A stretch of DNA of 64,000 nucleotides from assembly GCF_963921235.1 (NCBI RefSeq), contig NC_086100.1, forward strand, positions 199,146,001 to 199,210,000, given 5' to 3'. Source of the stretch: Mobula hypostoma. Lineage: Eukaryota. Every line of letters starts with the position of its first letter. The first letter of the stretch is position 1. This document shows positions 1 through 12,757 of the stretch, in pieces. A program made the position numbers and the translations under genes. The notes beneath the pieces are model-generated. The model made no database searches, had not been told where the DNA came from, and was given only the letters and a program-made list of their open reading frames with translations.

Positions 1-408
1 CGTTCCCTCAAACTTTAGATACTATTGAGGGGTACGACCTACCGGGGAGTAGCCACAGTGACCGGGTCGCTGGCACTGAGTCTGGTGCTGTGGCTCAGAA
101 GAGCAGAGAGGTGAACAGGAGTGCAGTGTTGACAGGAGATTCCATAGTTAGAGGAACAGAGATGAGGTTCTGTGGACATGATATCTTGCCTCCCGGTGCC
201 AGGATCAGGGATGTCTTGGATCAGGTCCATGGCGTTCTCATGGGTGAGGGTGAGCAGTCAGAAGTCTTGGTGCATGTTGGCACCAATGACATAGACAAGG
301 TGAGGAGGTCCTGAAAAGAGATTTTAGAGAGCTAGGGAGCAAGCTGAGAAACAGGACCTCCAGGGTAGTAATCTCTGAAATGCTGCCTGTGTGATGTGCC
401 AGTGAGGG
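1..408 (+). mobile_element. Old CR1 LINE, ORF1 esterase (SGNH/GDSL) fragment; resumes at ~3521 after a younger CR1 insertion
   Basis: Translation has GDSIVRG and VLVHVGTNDI esterase-type motifs; GCCAGTGAGGG (~408) joins TAAGAATAGGATG (3521) if the insert is removed. Confidence 0.75.
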
Positions 409-3400
409 CTACTGAGGTGACTTTAAACTAGAATGGTTGGGGGCTGGGAAGCAAATTAAAGAGGCTAGGCGAGAGGAGGTTAGTTCACAACAGGGGGATG
501 GGAACCAGTGCAGAGAGACAGAGGGGTGTAAAATGAGAGGAGAAGAGTAAAAGTGGCAGGCCGACAAATCCAGGGCAAGCATTAAAAAGGGCCACTTTTC
601 AACATAATTGTATAAGGGCTAAGAGAGTTGTAAAAGAGCGCCTGAAGGCTTTGTGTGTCAATGCAAGGAGCATTTGTAACAAGGTGGATGAATTGAAAGT
701 GCAGATTGTTATTAATGATTATGATATGGTTGGGATCACAGAGACATGGCTCCAGGGTGACCAAGGATGGGAGCTCAACGTTCAGGGATATTCAATATTC
801 AGGAGGGATAGACATGAAAGAAAAGGAGGTGGGGTGGCGTTGCTGGTTAATGATGAGATTAACGCAATAGAAAGGAAGGACATAAGCCGGGAAGATATGG
901 AATCGATACGGGTAGAGCTGCATAACACTAAGGGGCAGAAAACACTGGTGGGAGTTGTGTACAGGCCACCTAACAGTAGTAGTGAGGTCGGAGATGGTAT
1001 TAAACAGGAAATTAGGAATGTGTGCAATAAAGGAACAGCAGTTATAATGGGTGACTTCAAACTACATGTAGATTGGGTGAACCAAATTGGTAAAGGTGCT
1101 GAGGAAGAGGATTTCTTGGAATGTATGCGGGATGGTTTTTTGAACCAACATGTCGAGGAACCAACTAGAGAGCAGGCTATTTTAGACTGGGTTTTGAGCA
1201 ATGAGGAAGGGTTAATTAGCAATCTTGTCGTGAGAGACCCCTTGGGTAAGAGTGATCATAATATGGTGGAATTCTTCATTAAGATGGAGAGTGACATAGT
1301 TAATTCAGAAACAAAGGTTCTGAACTTAAAGAGGGGTAACTTTGAAGGTATGAGACGTGAATTAGCTAAGATAGACTGGCAAATGACACTTAAAGGATTG
1401 ACGGTGGATATGCAATCGCAAGCATTTAAAGATTGCATGGATGAACTACAACAATTGTTCATCCCAGTTTGGCAAAAGAATAAATCAAGGAAGGTAGTGC
1501 ACCTGTGGCTGACAAGAGAAATTAGGGATAGTATCAATTCCAAAGAAGAAGCATACAAATTAGCCAGAAAAAGTGGCTCACCTGAGGACTGGGAGAAATT
1601 CAGAGTTCAGCAGAGGAGGACAAAGGGCTTAATTAGGAAGGGGAAAAAAGATTATGAGAGAAAACTGGCAGGGAACATAAAAACTGACTGTAAAAGCTTT
1701 TATAGATATGTAAAAAGGAAAAGACTGGTAAAGACAAATGTAGGTCCCCTACAGACAGAAACAGGTGAATTGATTATGGGGAGCAAGGACATGGCAGACC
1801 AATTGAATAATTACTTTGGTTCTGTCTTCACTAAGGAGGACATAAATAATCTTCCAGAAATAGTAGGGGACAGAGGGTCCAGTGAGATGGAGGAACTGAG
1901 CAAAATACATGTTAGTAGGGAAGTGGTGTTAGGTAAATTGAAGGGATTAAAGGCAGATAAATCCCCAGGCCCAGATGGTCTGCATCCCAGAGTGCTTAAG
2001 GAAGTAGCCCAAGAAATAGTGGATGCATTAGTGATAATTTTTCAAAACTCGTTAGATTCTGGACTAGTTCCTGAGGATTGGAGGGTGGCTAATGTAACCC
2101 CACTTTTTAAAAAAGGAGGGAGAGAGAAACCGGGGAATTATAGACCGGTTAGCCTAACGTCGGTGGTGGGGAAACTGCTGGAGTCAGTTATCAAAGATGT
2201 GATAACAGCACATTTGGAAAGCGGTGAAATCATCGGACAAAGTCAGCATGGATTTGTGAAAGGAAAATCATGTCTGATGAATCTCATAGAATTTTTTGAG
2301 GATGTAACTAGTAGAGTGGATAGGGGAGAACCAGTGGATGTGGTATATTTGGATTTTCAGAAGGCTTTTGACAAGGTCCCACACAGGAGATTAGTGTGCA
2401 AACTTAAAGCACACGGTATTGGGGGTAAGGTATTGATGTGGATAGAGAATTGGTTAGCAGACAGGAAGCAAAGAGTGGGAATAAATGGGACCTTTTCAGA
2501 ATGGCAGGCAGTGACTAGTGGGGTACCGCAAGGCTCAGTGCTGGGACCCCAGTTGTTTACAATATATATTAATGACTTGGATGAGGGAATTAAATGCAGC
2601 ATCTCCAAGTTTGCGGATGACACGAAGCTGGGCGGCAGTGTTAGCTGTGAGGAGGATGCTAAGAGGATGCAGGGTGACTTGGATAGGTTGGGTGAGGGGG
2701 CAAATTCATGGCAGATGCAATTTAATGTGGATAAATGTGAAGTTATCCACTTTGGTGGCAAAAATAGGAAAACAGATTATTATCTGAATGGTGGCCGATT
2801 AGGAAAAGGGGAGGTGCAACGAGACCTGGGTGTCATTATACACCAGTCATTGAAAGTGGGCATGCAGGTACAGCAGGCGGTGAAAAAGGCGAATGGTATG
2901 CTGGCATTTATAGCGAGAGGATTTGAGTACAGGAGCAGGGAGGTACTACTGCAGTTGTACAAGGCCTTGGTGAGACCACACCTGGAGTATTGTGTGCAGT
3001 TTTGGTCCCCTAATCTGAGGAAAGACATCCTTGCCATAGAGGGACTACAAAGAAGGTTCACCAGATTGATTCCTGGGATGGCAGGACTTTCATATGAAGA
3101 AAGACTGGATGAACTAGGCTTGTACTCGTTGGAATTTAGAAGATTGAGGGGGGATCTGATTGAAACGTATAAAATCCTAAAGGGATTGGACAGGCTAGTT
3201 GCAGGAAGATTGTTCCCGATGTTGGGGAAGTCCAGAACAAGGGGTCACAGTTTGAGGATAAGGGGAAGCCTTTTAGGACTGAGATTAGGAAAAACTTCTT
3301 CACACAGAGAGTGGTGAATCTGTGGAATTCTCTGCCACAGGAAACAGTTGAGGCCGGTTCATTGGCTATATTTAAGCGGGAGTTAGATATGGCCCTTGTG

Positions 3401-3520
3401 GCTATGGGGATCAGGGGGAATGGAGGGAAGGCTGGTGCAAGGTTCTGAGTTGGATGATCAGCCATGATCATAATAAATGGCGGTGCAGGCTCGAAGGGCC
3501 GAATTTTCTATGTTTCTATA
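409..3520 (+). mobile_element. Young CR1 LINE with near-complete ORF2 (APE endonuclease + RT)
   Basis: 888-aa ORF 651-3317 with [28 protein letters not shown] and FADD motifs; 1-nt deletion near 3262 relative to sibling copies; TTTCTATG-type tail. Confidence 0.95.
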
Positions 3521-4600
3521 TAAGAATAGGATGGTTTGCCAGGTGAATGCATGGCTGGAGACAGGGGTTAAGATTTTTGGATAATTGGGATCTCTTCTGG
3601 GGAAGGTATGATCTGCAGATAAGGGACTGGGTACACCTGAACACTAGCGGGTAGGTTGGCTCGAGTTGTTCGGGTGGTTTAAACTTATTTGGCAGGGGGA
3701 TGGGAACTGTAGTGGTAGTACTGAAGGTAAGGTGTTTGGTTTACAAACAGAGGCAATGTTAGACTCTTAGCAAGAAGGGGCTGATGGTGATGGGGCAAAA
3801 TTGCAGTCAACAGGATGAGTTGCAATGTAAAAGGCAGACAAAATTGAAAAGTGTGAAAGTAGATGAACAGCTACAGATAGACATGTTTGATGTTGCAGGC
3901 TAAAAGAAGATTATAGCTGGGAGCTTAATGTCCAATGTTTCACATCGTATCAAAAGGACAGGCTGGAAAGCAGAGAGGTGGCATTGCTCTGTTGGTTTAA
4001 AAAAAAAGAAATCAGATCATTAGAAAGAGATGACATAGGCTTGTCATATGGATAGCGTTTGCTGGCTCTGGGCCCCTATTCATTGGAATTCAGAAGAATG
4101 AGGGGTGACCTCATTGAAATCTATCAAACAGGGAAAGGCTTTGATAGAGTGGACGTGGAGACTTTTAGAACAGAGATGAGGAGGAATTTCTTTAGCTGGA
4201 GTGGTGAATCTGTGGAATTCATTGCCACAGGCAGCTGTAGAGACTAAGTCTTTATGTATATTTAAGGGAGAGGTTCATAGATTTTGATTGGTCAGGGCGT
4301 GAAGGAAGACGGGGAGAAGACAGGAGATTGGGCCTGGGAGGAAAATTGGATCAGCCATGATAAAATGGCGGAGTAGACTCAATGGGCCAAATGGCCTAAT
4401 TCTGCTCCTGTATCTTTTGGTCTTATGGGTGGTGGTGGAGGCAGGTACAATAGAGAAATTTAAGAATCTCTTAGGTAGGTACATTAATGGTAGAAAAATG
4501 GGGGTTTATGAGGGAAGGACTGGTTAGATTGATAGTGGACTAGGTTAAAAGCTCTGCACAATATGTGGGCCAAAGGGCTTGTACTGTGCTGTAATGTTCT
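3521..4600 (+). mobile_element. Degenerate CR1 fragments (ORF1 end, EN start and two 3' ends)
   Basis: YSLEFRRMRGDLIE remnant and CR1-type 3' UTR tails. Confidence 0.7.
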
Positions 4601-5365
4601 ATGAGTAGTATTATTTTAAACACTACAGGCTGCTCCTGTTTGAATTGGTTGTTTTTTTTATGTTTTAACACGGTTTTTAGCTAAACAAAAATTGTAGATT
4701 TTACTAACACACGATTTGTATTTTTTAACTTGTATAATCTGACAATGTGTGGTGTTGGTCTCCACCTACTGACGGAAAAGCAGTTTAGCAGTTACATGAT
4801 GGTTTACAGTATCACTGTTTCGTTTTTCATTGCCCAAGTGTTAACATATGACACGTGCTGTGACTATGTGTCTTTTAATAGGTTCTTCTTCATCTCAGGA
4901 ATTTGCCTTTGCTCAAGTACAAAAGTGTTGGCCTCTGCAAAAATCACTATCTTGTTCTTGTTTCTTGTTCTTTTCTTTAGTTTCATATCCCCTGTATTTG
5001 TTTCTTTGTTTAAACTTTAAATTAAATGATCATGAAGCAGCAAGTTTTCACTCATTCTTGGACTCCTAAAAGAACCCGGGGATCGAAAAATCACCAGATC
5101 TCTCACTGTGTTACAGACCATAAATTAATATTGTGTGTTAAGTCAGAAAATGTGCAAAAATTGTTCAGTATGCTGACCAAGTCTGCACAGAATAGTAGTG
5201 AATGGCATAAAGGCACATGATACTGATAAAGAATGATTCCTAAAGTGGGGAGGGAGGGAGGGAGGGAGAGAGAGAGTAAGCAGGTTCACAGCATTGACAA
5301 TATTGATACTTTGGAAGCTTGTTCATACATAGGGTGACACTTCATACTTAGGTTGGAGTCCATAC

Positions 5366-6654
5366 ATTGGTGCTGCTTCCTGTACCCATGCTGAACTTGT
5401 TGATTTAATTTGCTTTACCTTCAACTTCCATCCTGCCCTCAAATTTACCTAGCCCATTTCCGACACCTCCCTCACCATACTCGAACTCACCGTCTCTAGC
5501 AGCTTATCTACTGATGTCTATTATAAACCTACTGACTCTCACAGCCACTTGGACTATACCTCTTACCACCGTGTTACTTGTAAAAACGCCATCCCCTTCT
5601 CTTAATTCCTCCATTTCCGCTGCATCTGCTCTCAGGATGAGGCTTTACATTCTAGAACGAAAGAGATGGCTTCCTTTTTCAAAGAAAATGGCTTCCCTTC
5701 CTCTACCATCAATGGTGCCCTCAACAGCATCTCTTCCATTTCATGCACATCTGCTCTTACCCCATCCTCCCGCCACTCTACCAGGGATAGGGGTCCTCTT
5801 GGCCTCACTTACCACCCCACCAGCCTCTGCATCCAGCACATAATTCTCCGAAACAGCAAGCACATCTTTCCCTCCCCTCTCTCTTTCTGCAGGGATCGCT
5901 CCCTATGCGACTCCCTTGTCCATTCATCCCTCCCCACTAATCTCCCTCCTGGCACTTATCCTTGCAAGCAGAACAAGTGCTTCACCTGCCCCTGCACTTC
6001 CTCTCTCACTGCCGTTCTGGGCCCTAAACAGTCCTTCCAGGAGAGGTGACACCACCTTTGAGTCTGTTGGGGTCATATACTGTGTTTGGTGCTCCTGGTG
6101 TGGCCTTCTGTATATTGGTGAGACCCGACAGAGATTGGGAGACCGCTTCACCCGCCAGAAAAAGCGGGACACCCATTTTAATTCCACTTCCCATTCCCAT
6201 GCTGATATGTCCTGATGAGGTCACACTTAGGCTGGAGGAACAACACCTTGTATTCTATCTGGGTAGCCTCCAACTTGATGGCATGAACATTGACTTCTCA
6301 AACTTCCGGTATTGCCCCCACCCCCTTTACCATTTCCCATTCCCTTTCCCCCTCTCATCTTATCTCCTTGCTCACCCATCGCCTCCCTCTGGTGCTCCTC
6401 TCCCTTTTTCTTTCTTCCATGGCCTTCTGTCTCTTTCACCACTTTACTTCCCAGCTCTTTACTTCATCCCTAACCCTCCAGGTTTCACCTGTCACCTTGT
6501 GTTTCTCTCTCTCCTTCCCCCACTTTTTAAATCTACCCCTTAGCTTTTTTCTCCAGTCTTGGGGAAGGGTTTCAGCCCGAACTGTTAACTATACTCTTTT
6601 CCCATAGATACCGCCTGGCCTGCTGAGATCCTCCAGCATTTTGTGTGTGTTGCT
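5366..6654 (+). mobile_element. Penelope-like element, 5'-truncated and degenerate
   Basis: RT C-terminal remnant and GIY-YIG region VIYCVWCSWCGLLYIGETRQRLGDRF; pLTR-type end with a decayed hammerhead at ~6555-6590. Confidence 0.85.
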
Positions 6655-6844
6655 CATACATAGGGATGTTCATTACCTAAGGAAGCCTGTAGTCCACACA
6701 CAGCTATAACCTTTCACTAATTGTGGACGCTGCCTGCAATACCTCATCATTAAGAACTTAAACCTGACCCATCAGCAGTTCCTTTCCTCCCCTCTCCCCA
6801 GCCCCGCAATAGATTTTCCTGCCATAAGCCATGCCATGTTAGCT

Positions 6845-7810
6845 GCCATAGGAGTAAAATTAGGCCATTTAGTCCTTCAGGTCTGGTCTGCCATTTTCTC
6901 ATTATTATCCCTCTCAATCCCATTCTCCCTGTAACCTTTGACACCCTGACTAATCAAGAACCTATTAACCTCTCCTTTAAATATACCAAATGATTTGGCC
7001 TCTACATCCACCTGTGGCAATGAATTCCACAGATTCACCACCCTCTGGCTGAAGAAATTTCTCCTCGTCTCTGTTCCAAATGAACGTCCCTCTGTTATAC
7101 AGCTGTGCCGTCTGGTCTTGGACTCCCCCACCATACGAAACGTCCTCTCCACATCCACTTTATCCAGGCCTTTCAATATCCAATAGGCTTCATTGAGATC
7201 CCTCTCCATTGTTCTAAACTCCAGCAAGTACAGGCCCAGAGCCATCATTTCCAGAATCATTCTGGAGAATCTCCTCTGGACCCACGCCAATGCCAGCACA
7301 TCTTTTTATTTATTGATTGAGATACAGCGTAGAATAGGCCCTTCGAGCCACACTCCCAGCAATCTACCAATTTAATCTTGGCCTAATCAAAGGGCAATTT
7401 ACAATAACTAGTTAACATACCAACCAGTACATCTTTGGACTGTGGGAGGAAACCGGAGCACCCGGAACAAACCTACGTGGTCACTTGAAGAACGTACAAG
7501 CTCCTTGCAGGCAGCAGCGGGATTGAATACAGGTTGACTGTACTGTAAAGTGTTGTGCTAACCAGCAATAAGGGACCCAAAATACTCACAGTACCCTGTG
7601 TAGTCTGACCAATGCTGTATAAAACCTCAGCATGCTTTTGTATTCTAGTCCTCTTGAAAGGAATGCTAACATTGCATTTGCTTTCCTCGTCACCGATTCA
7701 ACCGGCAAGTTAACCTTTAGGGAATCCAACATGAGGACTCCTAAGTCCCCTTGCACCTCTGATTTCTGAATTTTCTCCCTGATAAGAAAATAGTCGATGC
7801 CTTTATTCCT
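6845..7810 (-). mobile_element. CR1 3' fragment interrupted by a V-SINE (~7310-7565)
   Basis: RRNFFSQRVVNLWNSLP remnant; antisense V-domain GGAGGAAACCGGAGCACCCGG. Confidence 0.75.
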
Positions 7811-8133
7811 TTGGGGTTCTGAATGGTCCGTGAACCCTACTTCACTATTCTGCTCTACTCATTTTTTTTTATAAGCTATAGTAAGTTTTAATCTATTGCA
7901 CTATTCAGCTACCCCAAAACAACAAATGTCACGACAGTCAGTGATGATAGACCTGATTCTGAACTCCTCCATTACTGAGTCATTTTCTTAAGGTTTCAGC
8001 ATCTGCAGTCTCTCTCAATCTCCCTCAAGTTTCTCATTTCCCTCTTTGAACTACCTGCTGTTACCGCCCCCCCCCCCACCGTTTGGGGCCCCCCACCCTC
8101 CCCTGGGTGGTGACAGCTGCTGTCTTGTGTCAG

Positions 8134-8304
8134 GCTCTCTGGAGATCGTCCCAGGTGCCACCAGGAGACAGACCCGTGACGTGGGGGTGACCTTCCCATC
8201 GCCGGATCCGGATGTGACCCTGCAGCGATTGACCAGGCCTGGGGACAGGAGGAAAGGTGTATTCCAGACTGAGATGAAACCTGGTAAAGACCACAGGACA
8301 CCAG
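8134..8304 (+). CDS. ALMS1: ALMS1 internal exon (171 nt, phase 1-1)
   Basis: tgtcag acceptor and gtaagg donor; GSLEIVPGATRRQTRDVGVTFPSP resembles the recalled ALMS1 segment LEIVNGAKKHTRDVGITFPTP. Confidence 0.88.
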
Positions 8305-9619
8305 GTAAGGGAGTCAGCTGTCTGCTATATTGCTGGGAGCCTGGTCCAGACCAACACATCATTCAGTACTTCTTTGGTGTACTCTGTTCAGTTCTAGTCA
8401 CCTCACTATAAGAAGGATGTGGAAGCTTTAGAGTGGGTGCAGAGGAGGTTTACAAGGATACTGCCTGCTTTGGAGAGCATTTTCTTATGAGGATAGGTTG
8501 GGCGAGCTAGGGCTTTTCTCTTTGGAGTGAAGGAGTTTGAGAGGTACTTGACAGAAGTGGACAAGATGATATGAGGACAGCCAGAGACTTTCTCCTCAGG
8601 GCGGCAATAGCTAATATGAGGGGGCATAATTATATGGTAATTGGAGGAATGTACTGCATGTGGAGGGTGTCAGAGTTAGTTTGTTTTTTACACAGAGTGG
8701 TAGGTGCATGGAATGCATTACCAGGGTAGTGGTAGAGGCAGACACATTAGTCGCATTAAAGAAAGTCTTCGATAGGCAGATGGATGATAGAAAACTGGAG
8801 GGCTATGCAGGAGGGAAGGGTTAGATTGATCTTAGAATAGGGTAAAAGGTTGGCACAACATCCTGGGAGGAAGGGCCTGTACTGTGGTGTACTGTGCTAT
8901 GTTCATTCAGGTACTGGCAGGTTTGAGGGGCTGAATGGCCTTTTGCTCCTGTGTGACAGGGTGGTCAGCTGTTTGCTGCTCATAGCCAGAGCACCCAATT
9001 AACCTGTCACAGCCTCACATTCTCCACCAGTCTGCAGTGAGTGAGTGAGTGTCAAGGAGTGGAACCCACCTAATCTCAGCCTCTGTGTAGGCACCCTCAC
9101 CTCCCCATTCCACATCTGGGGAGGGCACTGGGTAGAGCCCCTGCCTCTTGGGTTTGATCCCAACTTAATGGGGCTGTCTGTGTTGAGTCTGCAAGCTGTC
9201 CCTGTCACTGTGCTGGTTCCCCTAGAGAAATGTGCTAGAGTCCTCTGCCTTTCAAGTTGTTCCCGCATGTAGCCCATCTTTAAAGATCCTTCCTCTCCCA
9301 GGGATGAAATCTAGAGCTCCTGCTGGCATTTCTGTAGATCTGGGCTTTTACAGGAAAGAGTTGCTAGCCCCATGCCCAATTTTCCTCCTTTCACAGCCGG
9401 ACTTGGGAACCATCCTTGGCAGAGTTGGTGGGCTAATCAGCTGCTGTGAATTGTCCTTATTGTGTGGGTGGAACCAGGCCCAGTGTGTGTAGGTGATTGG
9501 TCAGCACGGGGTGGATGGACTGAAGGGCCTGTATCACACTAACTCTGCATTCACATCTTCTCTCAGTTTACTTCGCCTCTTTTGTCAGAACCACTCTAAT
9601 CCCCTCAAAACTGGGCATT

Positions 9620-10165
9620 TCATTGTTAGTTATTTTACTTGGAGAGCAGGTCCTCCTGTGGCTCAATGAGCTGCACCCTAGCCTACCACAGGACAACTTA
9701 CAATAACCAGTGAACCCCCTAGCTAGTACGTCTTTGTATTGTGGGAGGAAACAGGGGTGCCTGGAGGAAACCCACCTGCACACGGGAATCAACGTACAAT
9801 CTTACTTACAGAGAATGCAGGAATTGAATTCTGAGGGCTGATGCCGCGAACTTCCTGCTAACCGCTACTCTGCCATGATGTCCAATTATTATGGTGCCAA
9901 CAATCGGGGTTCAATTCCTGCTGTCTCTAAGGAGTTTGTACGTTCTTCCCGTGACCATGTGGGTTTCCTCTGGGTGCTCCAGTTCCCACCACGTCCCAAA
10001 TACATACGGGTTAGGATTAGTGAATCGTGGACATGCTCTGTTGACGTTGGAAGCATGGCGACATTTGTAGGCTGCTCTCAGCACATTCTCAGACTGCTTT
10101 GGTCATTGACGCAAATGACTCACTTTGCTGTATGTTTCGATGTACGTGTGACAAATAAAGCTAAT
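9620..10165. mobile_element. Two V-SINE copies in opposite orientation (~9620-9870 minus, ~9890-10165 plus)
   Basis: V-domain GAGTTTGTACGTTCT...GGGTTTCCTCTGGGTGCTCC on + and its complement upstream; B-box-like GGTTCAATTCC. Confidence 0.65.
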
Positions 10166-10377
10166 CTGTGTGTGGTGTGGTGGTGGAGTTCATGGTGCCT
10201 GTGTGGTGTGATGTTGAGGTTCAGTGAACCTGTGTGATGTTCTGGGGGTCCCTTCCTTAGGGTATGATTAACCCATGTGATTCTGTGATCCCACTGTTGC
10301 CTGCTTGGTGTTGGAGATGGGTGTGGAGGGGTTTGGGGTCCCTCCCTGCAGTTCTGTTAACCTGTGTTGTTTCTCTG

Positions 10378-10800
10378 AATCAGAATCTGGTTTAATACCA
10401 CCGGCATATGTTATGAAATTTGTTAACTTTGCAACAGTACAATGCAATACATGAGAAATATAGAGAAAAAGAACTGAATTACAGTGTGTGTGTGTTTGTT
10501 TATTTATATTTTACAGGTATATGTATATTAAATAGTTAAATTAAATAACTAGTGCAAAAACAAAAGTGTTCATGGATTCAGTGTCCATTCAGAAATCTGG
10601 TGGCAGAGGGGAAGAAGCTGTTCCTGAATTGAATGTGTGCCTTCAGGCTCCTGTACCTGCTTCCTGCTGGTAACAGTGAGAAGAGGGCATGTCCTGGGTG
10701 GTGGGAATCACGAATGGTGAACGCTGCCTTTCTGAGGTACTGCTTCTTGAAGATGTCTTGGAAACAATGCAGTCTAGTACCCATGAGGAGCTGACTAGTG
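10378..10800 (-). mobile_element. L2/Rex-Babar-type LINE 3' end (DUF1891-like)
   Basis: HHPGHALFSLLPAGSRYRSLKAH...RNSFFPSATRFLN and a GATTCT-type tail. Confidence 0.7.
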
Positions 10801-10854
10801 TTACAGTTCTCTGCAGCTTGCTTCGATAACCCAGCTCTCTTATTCTGACCCCAG

Positions 10855-11117
10855 CTGTCGCCTGGTACATACCTGCACATGAGCTACAGGGGGACTGGAG
10901 GAAGGAGAATACCAATAAACCATCGCTGAATCGACCGGTGCAGGCGTGGGCCCAGTGGGGGCCTGTCCCCCAGCCGTGGAGGGAGCCGCTCCGACAAAGG
11001 CATCTGCAGGAGCAGTGGGTCAGCAAGGAGGCACAGGACACCCGGCTCCCACCGCCAGCTCGAGAGGATGGGGTTGGGGGCAAGTTCCTCTCCACTCTTG
11101 TTCCCCTCACGCTCAGG
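10855..11117 (+). CDS. ALMS1: ALMS1 internal exon (263 nt, phase 1-0)
   Basis: ccccag / gtaagg; AVAWYIPAHEL...RKEN...PWREPLRQRHLQ...PLTLR resembles recalled ALMS1 GVSWFVP...KKEN...PWREPLRE...TLQ. Confidence 0.9.
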
Positions 11118-12582
11118 GTAAGGAACATTTTTGTCACCTACCTACAAGAAAGATATCCATAGCACTGAAAGAGTGCAGAGACGACTTACAAGGATGTTGT
11201 CGGGACATGAGGACCTGAGTTAGAGGGAAAAGTTGAATACGTTAGGATGATAGAGGTATACAAAATTATGAAGGATATAGATAGGGTAAATGCAAGCAGG
11301 CTTTTTTTAATGAGGTTGGATGAGACTAGAACTAGAGGTGATGGGTTAAGGGTGAAAAGTGAACATTTTGAGGGGAACATTGGGGGGAACCTCATCACTC
11401 AGAGGGTGGTGAGAGTGTGGATCAAGCTGGCAGCACAAATGGCCTATGTGAGCTCGATTTCAACATTTAAGGGAAATTTGGATAGGTAAGTGGATGGGAG
11501 GGGTATGGTGACTATGTTCCAGGCGCAGCTTGATGAGACTAGGCAGATTTCTAGTTCAGCATGTACTAGATGGGCCAAAGGATTTTTTTTTGTGCTGTTC
11601 TATGTCCTATGACTCGATGTATGGTTACTGATTTGATCTGTATATGTCACAATGATTTTATACTCAGCAGCTAGGGATCTTGGGGGGGGTGTCATTTTGT
11701 GAGGGAGGGTGATATCATAGCAGCTCTCCCCCTGTTGGACTGCAGGGACCCGGTGGTGCCCTGGACTCTGGTGTCCCCAGGGTGTGCGCGGTGGCTCAGA
11801 CTCTTGAATCGTTTGGGAGAGGATAGGTTGAGATCCGCAGTGGGGCCAAGTGGTGTAAATATACGAGTCCTTCCCTCCAAAGCGAGCACCTGTTGGATTG
11901 TGGGGTAACTCTCTGCAGTAATTTGGGGACCCGATTCCTCTCGGGAATGTCGGTGGGGTGAGGTTGCTCATGGTTACTGATGATGCAGGGCCTTGATTGG
12001 AAATGTTGACTGTCCATCTCCCCTCACAGATGCACCCCGACCTGCTGAACTTCGGTGTCTTATTTGCCTAAATCTGTGTTAATGTTTGCAGAGATTAGTG
12101 TTCAAGCACCAGCTCCCAGCTCCGAGGAGGTTCCCCACCCCACTAGAACCCTGAAAGACCCGGTTGTCACCTGTCCTGTACGAGCAGAGGACATTGTGAC
12201 GCATTCCAGTTAGGGTGAACCAACCGGTACAGAGAGAGGCAGGACACAGTCTGCCGGAGTACTCTGTGCACTAAATTCTGGCTTTATACTGCCCCTAGGT
12301 CCTGAACACAGGCACCAACAGGTTGCACTCCACAGTGGAGATGCTGGTGCTTCCCCTCCCCCCTCCCCGGGGTTGTGCTCTGCAGAGAAGTGAGCAGAGC
12401 ACTGGCTAGGTGTGATCAGCAACTAGCTGCGTGTTGATGTTCAGGTGGGTCACCAGAATGATTGACTTCTGTGGGTGAAGAGGCTGGTGGTCAGTCTGGG
12501 ATGGGGTGGCAGAGTAGGGATGTATGTGCTGTGATTGGTGCCCTCTATCCATTTATGTTCCCCTTCTCCCTCCCCACCTCAG

Positions 12583-12757
12583 GAAGCCTTGACCATGAAC
12601 AAACCCTGGTTCATCTCCCACTCACAAGAGCGTGTTCGTCGCCTTGCCTTGCTGGTGGAAGAGAGGAAGTTGCAGAGTGAACTACAGAGCGAGAGGGACA
12701 GATTGTTCAACCAGCCCCCATCGCGGGGCTTCCAGGAGTGGAGGAGCCAGCATCCAG
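12583..12757 (+). CDS. ALMS1: ALMS1 exon, start of ALMS motif (175 nt, phase 0-1)
   Basis: Pyrimidine tract + cag / gtgagt; EALTMNKPWFISHSQERVRRLALLVEERKLQSELQSERDRLFN. Confidence 0.93.

Noticed and set aside
651..3317. 888-aa and 845-aa ORFs as host or domesticated genes
   Set aside because: Multi-copy CR1 ORF2, truncated or frameshifted; openness is explained by youth
12092..12212. Possible extra ALMS1 exon after tttgcag
   Set aside because: The flanking exons already join in phase 0, the phase-0 reading hits a stop, and there is no good donor
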